From NCBI GenBank assembly GCA_010015585.1, contig ML975158.1: a DNA stretch of 64,000 nt; one strand, 5' to 3'. The DNA comes from Eremomyces bilateralis CBS 781.70 (taxonomy: Eukaryota). The notes beneath the pieces were generated by a model. It had not been told where the DNA came from. It did not search any database and saw nothing but the letters and a program-made list of their open reading frames with translations. Shown one piece after another: positions 9,668 to 20,623 of the stretch (positions are counted from its first letter, which is position 1; each line of letters begins with the position of its first letter). The position numbers and the translations under genes were made by a program.

Positions 9668-12085
9668 CACTGGTAGAACCTTCGCCTTCAGGGGTGGAAA
9701 GTGACAGTGACGAGGGTCCTGCAGACGATGCGTACCCCCCTGACTCGGAAATGAGCCGATTAATAGGCCGGGGAAGAGACAGCTTTTGGGAAGTGATGTG
9801 AACCGGTCTCTTTGGTGCACCTACGGTTCCTTGATCAGCTCCTTTCAAGGCCAATTTCCTACCCCCAAAGCCGGCTAGGTAGCCATATCCATCTTCTCGA
9901 AGTTTGACTCCATAAAGATTCCGACGATTGGAGATGAGGAGTGCAAAAACGTAGAGCTCAGTTCCCCTGAAGAGGGTACCGTTTGGTTTCACGAATTGTG
10001 CACCGATAACGAGTGCTGTCCTGGATGTATGCGTGTAATGAAGGTCCGGAGAAACCTGCCCGTTGATGCTAACCCTGTAAGTCCTCAAGTGGTGGATATT
10101 CTGGAACGAATCATCCATCTCACTGTGTCGAAGGATTTGCCCATTGTCGAGAACACGTTCATGACTCCAATTCACCTTGCCCTGAAAGGGGACACCGGGA
10201 GTTGGGGTTTCAGTGTAGTCGATATCGAACTTGACGAACTCACCCGTCGTGAGTGCATTCTTGCCTGGTGGTGTGGCTCTCTCGCCCCGCTCATGCCAAT
10301 CTGCCACGTCTGCTGCCGCCGCAATCGTCGCCGCAGTGGCCGAAGCCGCAAACAAGCCTGCTGCAATACCATTGCTGGTTGACAGAGAAATCCCAGCATT
10401 AGTGCAACAGGAGACGGAAGGGTCATTTTCCTCGAAAGTCCCTTCAGGTCCAGACGAAGCTTCATCTCCATCTGAAACGGCGACAATGGCGCCGGCAACA
10501 GCCAAAATCGTCGCGACAACCCACCCCACGACTTTCGACCAAGGATAATCAAAGGCAAAGGACCATGAGTGCCACGGTACACAGGTGAAGGAATGAGAAG
10601 CAGAGTCCCAGATTTGACGAAGATGGAAAAATGTACGTATTCACCAATAGCAGGATCTTTGCCTGTGTTGTCACCTCCGGAGCCGCTACAGCAGCAGCAG
10701 CAATTGCCATTGCCATGGGTGCCATCATGATCACCGCCGATAGGTGGAGGTCTCGGTGTGATGGCACGATCGACGTGGACATACAGCGAGCCTTGAGGTA
10801 CTCTAACCTCAAATGATTTGGTCGGCTTGTTGAAGCTTAGCCCTAGGACGAAGATCTTTTTCAGCACCCGGATAAAAGTTCTCTCAGAACCTGAGTGCTG
10901 TTGGATGATGAAGGATATGACCGTCTCTCCAGGCGTTGCTCTCTTGAAATCGGCATCAAAGATTTATTTGAAGGAGGCTTGAGTGAGAACAGTCCCATTC
11001 AAAGGCCGATTGATTAACAGAGGAGCGACGATATTTGGATCGGCGATGCCTTCCTCATAGATAGAAATGCCGCTCAAATCGGCTCCTCCATCGTTGCGGG
11101 TCTCCACATTGATCAGTTGATTGCCGATGTTTGACACAAATAAACCATCGGGATTCATCATTCCATTTGCCGGATTCGTCGCGTAGGGCCGGAACGGGAT
11201 ACCGGCTGGAATAGCAAGCGTACTTGCTGTAATAGTAGCAAGAGCAGGGCGGGCACTCCCTACGACCACGATGGCTACACCAACCAACAATGCGACCGTT
11301 CTCGTCATGTTGCTCAACCAGAACGACGGCAGCAGATTGGTCACGGTCCTTTTCCGGGAACTTGACAAGCGCGTGGAATCGCTCGGAGTCATTCGGACGC
11401 AGATTTTTCAATTCGACTTTAGTTTTCCCTCCTTTCGGGGCGGGAGCACCGAGCACCTAATCGGTAACCAATGCTGACTCGGTTGCTTTGGTTGCATTGT
11501 TGCATTTCGGAACTCCCAACATTTTGAGTGTCGGTGCAAAGAGCTCCTCAGGCGCGGGCCCGATAGAGAGTTTAGCTGTAGTATTAGGGAAAAGCCAGCC
11601 GCTGCCATTGGTCTTAATAAGGAAAATTGCCTGGGGGGATCGAAAACAATGTCAACATTTCGCTGAGCAACATGACGATTGTGTATGTCCCATCCAGTGT
11701 TAGGATGCGGTTGTACCGCATCATTCGTGGCGGATGCTTCGCAAATGATACATTCATGGCTGTTGTTGATCCATTGAGGGACCCAAGCGCCGACACAGAG
11801 GACTAGTTTGGTCTCGCCGCTCTCCAATGAAAAATCACTCGTTCCTACGAGCTGAGAGTTGTTCGGTGTTGGCACTATAGCGGGATTTCATATCCAAAAT
11901 TTGATAGTCGCTCCTTGCGTTCGCGATCTTCCAGCGTTCTTGATGGATGCAAGGATGTAGATGGGTACATTCCTGGTGGGAATAGCTGGACTTGGGTCAT
12001 CCGGGGTGTTGTGCAGAACGATATTTGGGTTGAAATAGAGTGGAAAAGGTGCAGAGCTTCGGCCGTCAAAGCGTAGTTCGGCCAT
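9668..12085 (-). pseudogene. Intronless, disrupted ~800-codon gene of bacterial-like character (beta-rich N-module plus membrane-segment C-module), function unknown
   Basis: Consecutive ORF-track pieces (12085-11888, 11875-, 11456-, 11392-, 10867-, 10529-) join into one protein. The joins are stops at 11890-11888, 11459-11457 and 10966-10964, and single-base frameshifts near 11590, 11283 and 10552. No splice signals are needed. The 3' boundary is approximate. Confidence 0.75.
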
Positions 12086-13591
12086 GATACTGTTTCGGTT
12101 CCCTTTCTGGGAGCCCAGTCAGAAGTCTGAGTTGTTCTTTTCAGGGCTAGAGTCTCCTTTCGGCCTTGTGATGATATTATAAATAGAGAGTGAAGAAATA
12201 TGAAGAGTTAGGAACTTCAATTCACCAACCCTCCTTTGGACTATACGAGACTATATAAGGCGTTGCGTCTCTCCCTTCGAAGAGCATTAGGGTTGAGAGT
12301 CCAATCGTCCAATGATACTTGATCTGGCCAAAGTTATCAGCTCGAAGCATAGTCTGCATGTGGCGTTGCTCAGCTCAACAAGTGAGAACCAATCGAGGAA
12401 TACCGTGGAGCAGTAAGAATTGCGGGGTAGACTGTAGTAATAGTACGAAACATTCTCTTTGAGTAGTGATAGAACCGATCCGTGTGCCCCTCGAGTTGAG
12501 ATGTGTTGGGGGATCCAACCACCGGCGAACCCTTTCTCACCGTATGCAGGACACACGTCGACACAAAACTTGACGCCACCGTAAGAGACCAACCACGCAC
12601 GGCTAATATAAAGTACTAGATACTGCGACTGCAAAGAGAAATACGTATGCCCAGAATCGAGCCCACCTTTGAGTCACAACTGGATATCATTTGCGAGATA
12701 CTAAGGGGGGCCGAAAGGGGTAGATAAAAGAAATCAAAGCCTGTCACATAATAGAATGACAGAAAATTAAAAGGAAAGATCTGAGTACGGCGCTGGAAGC
12801 AGCTGCTAAGAGCCTAGAACATGCTGTGGCTGAATACCTAGTGATGGTGCTGTGGTCGGTTGAGACGTTGGATGGATCACGAGGGCTGGATGTGAAGGGA
12901 GCGGCCAGGATGAAGCGCAGTGGTTGCATATTGGATGCGTTGTCTTCAGTTCAGGACATGAATTCATCCGGCTATCCAGTAGCAAAGACATGCATGAGAT
13001 ACTCAACTTGAAAGCGAAAGTTGTTCTGCGATTACCCCTGGTGATGCTTCAGAGAGCTGAGCTGAAAGAAATCTGTTTCCATTTTGGATGATCCATAGCA
13101 AGGGGATATTGAGAGCTGCATAGGTATTACCCTCCGGCTAGTCAGGGTAAAGCCAAGGACCACGTTGTCTGATTCCTGACGTCGGCGTAGGACCATTGAA
13201 GGGGTATGATCATTTGATGAAAGTGAGACGTGATCAACATTCAGGTTGAAGTTGAAGAAGAATGAGGTTGGAATAATGTTGGATCGTCAGGACTCAGGAC
13301 GGTCAGGTGTGAAGGATGGCTTAGTAATCAATGTTGTTCCCGGGCCTAGACCAATTCCGATCTAATTAGACCATCTCCCCAGCCGTTCAATAATCAATCG
13401 TTCATGCGATTGTTCATACGACGGTTATGGGATCTAACTTACTCCTCCCCACGTCGAAGAACATCACCGTACTCAGACCGCTACCCATTCCCTTGCTGCA
13501 TGTGGACTGGTTTATGCACTTTGTAGCAATCAAGGGCACCATGTTATGCCTCCATTAAAGGAACTTCGGGATTCCCACAACTCGAAGAGTT

Positions 13592-15676
13592 ATGACTTCG
13601 AACTCGCCCATCCCTCCGACGCTCCGCAACCTCATTCGTGATGGCCTAGCTAGGGCAGATCGTTTCGCCTCCAAATCGGCTTCGCAAGTGGCTCGACTTC
13701 GTACCACTGGAGGGAACTCTAAGCCACTAAGTGCTCGAACACTCCGTCGCCATTTTCTCACCCTGCCCGGTGTCCTGATAGTTCTTTGGATATATACCTT
13801 ATATTGGGGGGAGCGCTCCGTGTTTTCCAAGAGTATCCCTGAATGTCAATGGGAGAATTGGGAGAGTTGGGTATGTGCTTGACCTCAGAAGTCGTCACGA
13901 AAGTCTAACGCAAAGCAGCCTGCAGATGCGAATCCTCACCGCGTGGTGTTCGTTGCGGATCCGCAACTGGTTGACCCCCACACCTATCCAGGACGACCAT
14001 GGCCTCTTTCGACACTGACGATCAAGTACACCGACCGATACTTAGAGCGAAATTACCGAAAGATACGATGGGACCTGGTGCCAGACAGCGTCATCTTCCT
14101 GGGCGACCTCTTCGATGGCGGCCGAGAGTGGGCCACTTCTGAGAGCGAAAGCCCCGAAGCCCAATATCATCGATACAAATCTCAATATTGGTTGGGGGAG
14201 TACGACCGGTTCGCAAAAATATTCTTCGACCTACCGGTGCAGGTTTCTTCGGGCAGCAACAGGAGGGATGATGCATGCAACTTATTAGCAAGTCTACCTG
14301 GAAATCATGACCTTGGATTTGGCATAGGCATCCAAGAACCGGTTCGAGGTCGATTCAACGCATATTTTGGAGAGAGCAACCGGATAGACATCCTTGGAAA
14401 CCATACTTTTATTTCCGTTGACACCGTATCCCTGAGTGCAAAAGACGATGACCAGGCAAGAGAACGGGAAGACCTTTGGGGACCGCCTATGGAGTTCTTG
14501 GACACTGTCAAGTCTATGATTGGAAAGTCAGTCCAACGGGAGACCTCGTGGCGATTCAATGGCACCCTGCCCACCACCCGGTTTCGCCATGAGTTGGTCG
14601 AGACCGAGCAACTAGCAATAAGCAAGCTATTCAACGATGCCCCGTCGTCTCCATGGGAAGGATCCGTGTTTCCTTCTGTTCTTCTCAGTCATGTACCGCT
14701 CTATCGGCCCCCAGGAACCCCTTGCGGTCCTTTGCGAGAAAAGTGGCCTCCATCATCGCCGCCCAAAGGCCAGTCGGAGCCATTGGCCAATGATGAGAGG
14801 AACGCCATTGCCGTTCAGAGGGGGTATCAATATCAAAACGTCCTAACTCCTGAGACATCCAAAAAGATCACAGGGAGCATTGGCACACTCAAGTATGCTT
14901 TCTCCGGAGATGATCACGATTACTGTGAAGTTGTCCATCGTGGGTACCAATCTTCTGGGAGCGGGATCCGGGAGATCACAGTCAAATCGTTGTCCTTGGC
15001 TATGGGTATACGGCGACCGGGCTTCGTCATGGCCAGTCTTTGGAATCCGGTTGATGAGACCGGGGCCCCGCTTTCTTCTGCGAAAGATTTTTCTACGCAG
15101 CAAACAATGCAGACACAACTCTGCCTCCTTCCTGATCAGCTGGGGGTCTTCATCCGCTACGGTATTCTGTTTGTCTTTACTGTTCTCCTTCTTACCATTA
15201 GCGCGGCGCACACGGCTTTCTTTTCATCACGGACGGATGCATCCAGGGACATGCCTCTTTTACCAATTACGAACATTTCATCTTCGGCCGAGAACGAGAA
15301 GGCGGAGCTATCGCAGTTTAGAAATCATCGAAACCCCAGCTCGAACGAGTCTTCCTCGTCCCAGACTTCTACGTCTGAGGCAAGAAATAAGTTATGGGAA
15401 CGAACACAGACTGCGCGGACAAGGAGTTCTAGTCCCATCGGCGGATATGGCCTGCCCCCGAGCCGGCAGACATATACGCCACCTCTCATTGATCATGCAG
15501 GAACGTACGCGGTCGAGTCTAATTTGAACCATTCGTATTACCCGAGTCACCAGGGTTATCGCTCTATCGCACGACGGCGGCAGGGTTTGGGACTCTTTTT
15601 GTATGAGATTCGGATGGGTTTTGCAAAGGTCGGAGTTGTGCTATTGTGGTACACATACCTCCTCTGGAATGGGTAG
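13592..15676 (+). CDS. CDC1: Cdc1-like Mn-dependent metallophosphoesterase (GPI remodelling, ER membrane)
   Basis: Exons 13592-13870 and 13919-15676. N-terminal TM; calcineurin-like motifs ADPQL, GDLFDGG, PGNHD, SHVPL and SGDDHD; C-terminal TMs. Confidence 0.9.
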
Positions 15677-15972
15677 GGCGGTAATCGGAAATTTTGGATC
15701 TGTATATATCTACTACATCCCTGCCTAACGACCTTGTTAAAGTATTCGAATGCCTAAAGATTTACACCATTCAGCAAAACCGTCAACCTATTACTATACC
15801 TTGCATTGGTGATAAATGACTTGTATATGCAGATCTCATCATGATCTTGAAGTGAAATCTGCTGCTACAACGCTGTAGTCCTGGTATGATCACGTGCGTT
15901 CTAAATATTCCATTATTATTGATATCGCGACCCGACATCTAACTCGATATCACCCCTCCGAGGATAATCGCA

Positions 15973-16887
15973 ATGTCGGACCCCAAGGACGACGATGAGA
16001 ACCTCTTAAAACGACTAAACGCACTCAAACAGTCGAGGGTGCAATTTTCAGACGGTCCAGCTACCTCGACTACTGCGGACTTGACCTCCCGGTTCCAAGG
16101 TCTACGAGCATCAAGTCAGACCCCTGAAACCCCGACATTAGATGACGAAAGAGATATCCTCGAAAGTCACTTTTCCGCAGAGGACGATGGATTTGAGCAG
16201 CTACTGAAAGAGCTGGACCAAGACGCTTCAAAACAGATCGGCCGTACAGAAGAGGACGACATCAAGCGGTTACTGGACGAGGCGCATCAGGTTTTAGATG
16301 CCGCTAAGGATGATATTGAGGGATCGGGCAGACTCATGAAAGATGAGACAGTTCAACTTAATGATGAAATGCAGAAATCGCAAGACCCCAGTCCCGATGA
16401 TGCCGAAGAGTCCAAGGAGACAGAAGAGGAGGAGACAGCGAAGGTCATGGAGCAGGCATTGGACCATGCTCAATTATCTCCTAAAGACGAACAAGAAGAC
16501 GGCAAATTTGGCGACACAGACGACCCAGGCCCCTTGGAAAAGTCTTTCGACCTTCCAGCTGTGCCAACAGGTCAGCTCCCACTCCACGACGTAGAGTCGG
16601 AAGTGCAGGACAATGATTTGGCCGCGCGGTTCTCCAGCCTTTCGCTACCGTCTGCTCCAACGTTCAAACCAGGCGACATGGCGAAGCGGAAGAAAACCAC
16701 CGAGCCATCTGATGAAGAGGTAGGAGGTTGGTGTATCATATGCATGGACGACGGGGAGGTTTGCTGTTTGGGATGCGACAAGGACGTCTACTGCAGGAAA
16801 TGCTGGTTTGAAGGTCATCAGGGTGAGGATGCGCTCTTCGAGAATAAGAGTCACAAGTGGGTGAAGTTCCAGAAGCTCAAGCCTTAA
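15973..16887 (+). CDS. Acidic protein with C-terminal B-box-type zinc finger, ZFYVE19/ANCHR C-terminus-like
   Basis: 304-aa ORF with WCIICMDD..CCLGCDKDVYCRKCWFEGH..H and repeated L..RF/L..L and LPxxP motifs. Confidence 0.7.
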   Translation: MSDPKDDDENLLKRLNALKQSRVQFSDGPATSTTADLTSRFQGLRASSQTPETPTLDDERDILESHFSAEDDGFEQLLKELDQDASKQIGRTEEDDIKRLLDEAHQVLDAAKDDIEGSGRLMKDETVQLNDEMQKSQDPSPDDAEESKETEEEETAKVMEQALDHAQLSPKDEQEDGKFGDTDDPGPLEKSFDLPAVPTGQLPLHDVESEVQDNDLAARFSSLSLPSAPTFKPGDMAKRKKTTEPSDEEVGGWCIICMDDGEVCCLGCDKDVYCRKCWFEGHQGEDALFENKSHKWVKFQKLKP

Positions 16888-17060
16888 TGTTCAAATGTCC
16901 TACGTCATGGGGTTATGAAACGGGCCCGTCACAACGCCCGAAAGAGGCAACACAAGATGGTCATAAGATACATATTAATCCGGAAAGCACCTCAATTCTC
17001 CGAACACCGTCGCCTGTATTGTACACAGAGCCAAACACATCTGCCTTGCCTGGACTCACC

Positions 17061-17824
17061 CTACCCCCTGAACATCCGACTAAACACGCCACCGGCAATA
17101 TTCCTCGCGAGGCCGCTTGAGTACATAGCGGTCGACGCAAAATTCGTCGCTTGTGAGAACTTATCGCATCGTGAGAATGCAAGGGTATTCGTGATCGTCA
17201 GGATGAGTGCAATAACTGCGAGGTTGTCAGCCGGGAATCGCCCAGTCAATTGCTAAGTTGGATTCTTCGGGAATACGTACCGACCAAGCTCAAGGAAATG
17301 AACTCCAGCTTGACGCATGCAATAATCGCAAACGCCACCCATAACACGGGCTGAACGTATAACGCCAGCCAGAAGAATCGTTTGTCCGTCGCGTTCACGG
17401 ACCGCGCCTCCGGGTCCGCCGACTCAAATACCCAATGTGAATCTCCTGTTTGTGGATCCACTTCGTTCCACCACCGTAGGCCGACGAGTCTTCTGCCTGC
17501 TATATTTTTCGAGTAGTAGAAATCGGCGGCAAGGAGGAGGACGGTGATGATGAACATGAGAACACTGTCATCTGGTTAGATGGGTTTCGGAACCGGATGC
17601 TTGCCGTGGCGACACTCGGGCGACTCACAAGTTGTCAGTGAAGAAGAGACCGAAGAGATAGACGAATAGGCTTGCTGTTCGACAGTTAGCAGCATATTCT
17701 TTCTACCATGTTTGCGTGAAGCGGTGGCCGAGAACATACAGATTCGGAAGCCTAGGAAGCATAACAAAGTGATGGGATGGCTGCTGAGCCGCCAGGTAAG
17801 CGATCCAGCCTGTTGATTTTCCAT
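17061..17824 (-). CDS. TVP23: Golgi membrane protein Tvp23 (DUF846)
   Basis: Four exons: [58 protein letters not shown]. Confidence 0.93.
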
Positions 17825-18193
17825 GATCACCAGCGACACATCTACTGTACGGGTTTATATGATTTCGTTGTTGGATTGCATCGCAAGGAGCTCAAGCTTC
17901 ATGTTTCGAGATGTCCAGGTGTTGCGTTCGTATGCAAGTGGACCCTGATATTGAATATTACCTTAGTAATACCACTAGTGATACATACGTGTTTTAGTTT
18001 CCCAAATTAATCTTAGCGTTGTTTCAGTGGTTGATCCCCTTCCAAGCCGCGGGCATCGTCGGGAATAGACCGGCTGTAGCGATTTACCTTGAAGCGATGG
18101 ATAATTGCCGTGACGATGCCTCGTTTTTCATGATGGAGATGAGTTGAACATATAACTTGGTTTTAATTATAAACACCCATTAGTGAAGAGAAA

Positions 18194-19258
18194 ATGGCTT
18201 CAGCAGTAGTCCGCAGAGCTCTGCTCTATGGTTAGAACACACACTCCCCTATTAAATTCAACGCTGACCCATATTACAGTCCCGGCATCTTCGAGGAAGA
18301 TGTTGGACAAGTCTCGCGGGCTTTCTGTTGATTGTGTAGCGTACGATTTAGAAGACTCCGTGACCCCCTCCATGAAGCCAGAGGCTCGACGGAATCTCCG
18401 AGAAATACTCGCTCTTGAGCGTGCCCAAGGTATCCGGGAACAAGCCGTCCGTATCAATGCTGTCGAGAGCGGCCTCGCTCTGGATGACCTGGTGGAAGTG
18501 GTATATATATGTCTCCGTATTCCTCCAGTATCTTTTCTGACCTTTCTTGTTAGCTGAAAGCTCCCAACCTCGATGCAATCGTCGTCCCCAAGGTCCAATC
18601 TGCTTCGGATCTCCACTTCGTTACAGATGTCTTACGGCACACATTGCCGGACAGACACCCATCATCGCCCACTCAAGGATCAGGAAAGGAGCCAATCCGG
18701 GTGATAGCTTTGATCGAATCTGCTCGTGCTCTGATGGATCTTTCGAGCATCTGTGGAGCATCTCCTTATCTCAGCGGCCTGGTATTCGCTGCCGAGGACT
18801 TTGCGTTGGATCTTTCAATCCGGCGGACCCCATCATTGCAGGAATTCCTATACGCGCGTTCCGCCATTTCAACGGCCGCCCGGGCGTTTAATCTGCCGTC
18901 AGCGATCGATCTCGTCTGCACGTCCTTCAAAGGGGAACAGGGGATGAAGACCCTGGAAGCGGAGTGCGAAGGAGGAAAGGATCTCGGCTTTAATGGCAAG
19001 CAGCTGATTCACCCGTCTCAGGTGGAGATTACGCAGAGAGTTTTCTCACCGGTGGAGAAGGAAGTGGAATGGGCAGCGCGCATCGTCATTGGGGACCAGA
19101 AAGCGATCGACCAAGGAAGGGGAGCGTGGACGATGGATGGGAAAATGATTGATGCCCCAGTTGTGGGCAAGGCGAGATCAATATTGGACAGGGGCAGGGT
19201 CTGCGGCTATGATGTAGATGCTGTTATGACTCGATGGAAGGGTCAAGAGCCGGAATAG
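18194..19258 (+). CDS. Citrate lyase beta subunit-like (CitE/CLYBL; HpcH/HpaI aldolase fold)
   Basis: Exons 18194-18230, 18280-18500, 18554-19258. Motifs [45 protein letters not shown] and GKMIDAP. Confidence 0.92.
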
Positions 19259-19293
19259 GTCATGATACCTTTTAGCCCACAAGAAGTGTTGTA

Positions 19294-20175
19294 CTCACGC
19301 CACGCGCCCAACATATCCCCATATATTGGGCGCTGGCCACCCCAACCAACATAGAAATGAACCAAGAGATGAGATTTCCTATATGGCGCCCAAAATAATG
19401 AATTAACATACAAATTTGGTAGTAGATCTTTGCAAAACCATCCAATCTAGTAATCTCCCGACTGGATTAATTTCTAATCGCGTTGGGCGGGTTGTATCTT
19501 ACTTTTGAAGATCTCCCGCCACGAGGTCGAAAAAACATCACGAATTAGAAACTCCTCCCATCCACCGAATCCACGCGTTATCGGCATGATTACGATGTAG
19601 ATTTAGAGGCGGTTAGTCTCTTACGATCCTGACGAGCTTTTTGGCGTGCTTCCTTCGCTTTTTCAGCCTTCTTCCGAGCTGTTTCCTTCTTCTTCGCCTC
19701 CTTGCGGCCCGCCTGGAGCGGGATCTGGTGCCATTGAGGCGGGCGAGGATACGACGGTATAGAGTTTGGGCATCAAAATACCGCGCCGCAGCCGCTGCAT
19801 TAGGCTGTTCGCCTATACGGATCGATTAAGCAGCCAATTCTGCGTGTTTCTCCTCGAGTAAATATTCAGATATGATGGGTGGTGGTGAGTATTAGGTAGG
19901 GCAAAAAACCGTGATAGAAATTGATGGTCTTGACTGACGAACTTAAGCAGAGTAGAACACAACGAAACAATGTCGGTAGAATATCAGGAAAAATACTAAT
20001 TCCTTTAGAATTGGTAGATCTTTTAATTTACCACCAAATTTGTGTAGAAACCACAACGGGAGGCGAACTAACGGGAAACGTCGCGTTGGAGATCATTCTA
20101 TGTTGGTTGGGGTGGTATGTTGATTGGGGTGTCCAGCGCCCAATATATGGGTATATGTTGGGCGCGTGGCGTGAG
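19294..20175 (-). mobile_element. Non-autonomous pogo/Fot1-type (Tc1/mariner superfamily) DNA transposon, internal-deletion derivative, 882 bp
   Basis: 60-bp terminal inverted repeats (19294-19353 and 20116-20175, 3 mismatches, starting CTCACGCCACGCGCCCAAC), flanked by TA on both sides (19292-93, 20176-77). A transposase remnant lies inside. Confidence 0.92.
19590..19873 (-). pseudogene. Transposase remnant: N-terminal HTH joined to the C-terminal charged tail, DDE domain deleted
   Basis: (ATA)SEYLLEEKHAELAA*SIRIGEQPNAAAAARYFDAQTLYRRILARLNGTRSR resembles Fot1/pogo HTH N-termini. After ~19705, in another frame, it reads KEAKKKETARKKAEKAKEARQKARQDRK..*. Confidence 0.75.
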
Positions 20176-20623
20176 TAAGGTATTATTCTTTGGTTTGCTC
20201 TGCGAGTCCTACAAGGACGACAAAGATCCACCTGATGACTTGGATATAAGAACCTTTATTTGCATACCAGAGTACACTCATCCTGAGCCCTAGTAGTATT
20301 GAAAAGCATATAACACCAACAGTCTCTGGATTACTCGTTATCAGAAACGCATATAATTGCGCCATACGACGTAAGCTGATAGTTGGTAAGATGGATGACA
20401 GATTCCAGGCTTCAGGTGCCCCGCTAACACACAACACTATTATCTCAATCCCGAGGCACTTGGCCTTAGAACTTCACTTGTAGACAGGCAAAAAGGTCCT
20501 CCTCCGGTATCTACAAATAACAGTTACCCTACTTTCGATTATAAGGGAATTAAAGAACCTAGACAGTTACATGTACCGCTTAGGTGGTGATATAATTAAT
20601 AGTGACATAAGTCCAACCCCGCA

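Noticed and set aside
12778..13011. STALEAAAKSLEHAVAEYL, a possible ankyrin-repeat remnant in the accessory island
   Set aside because: Single weak resemblance with no second repeat or gene structure to support it.
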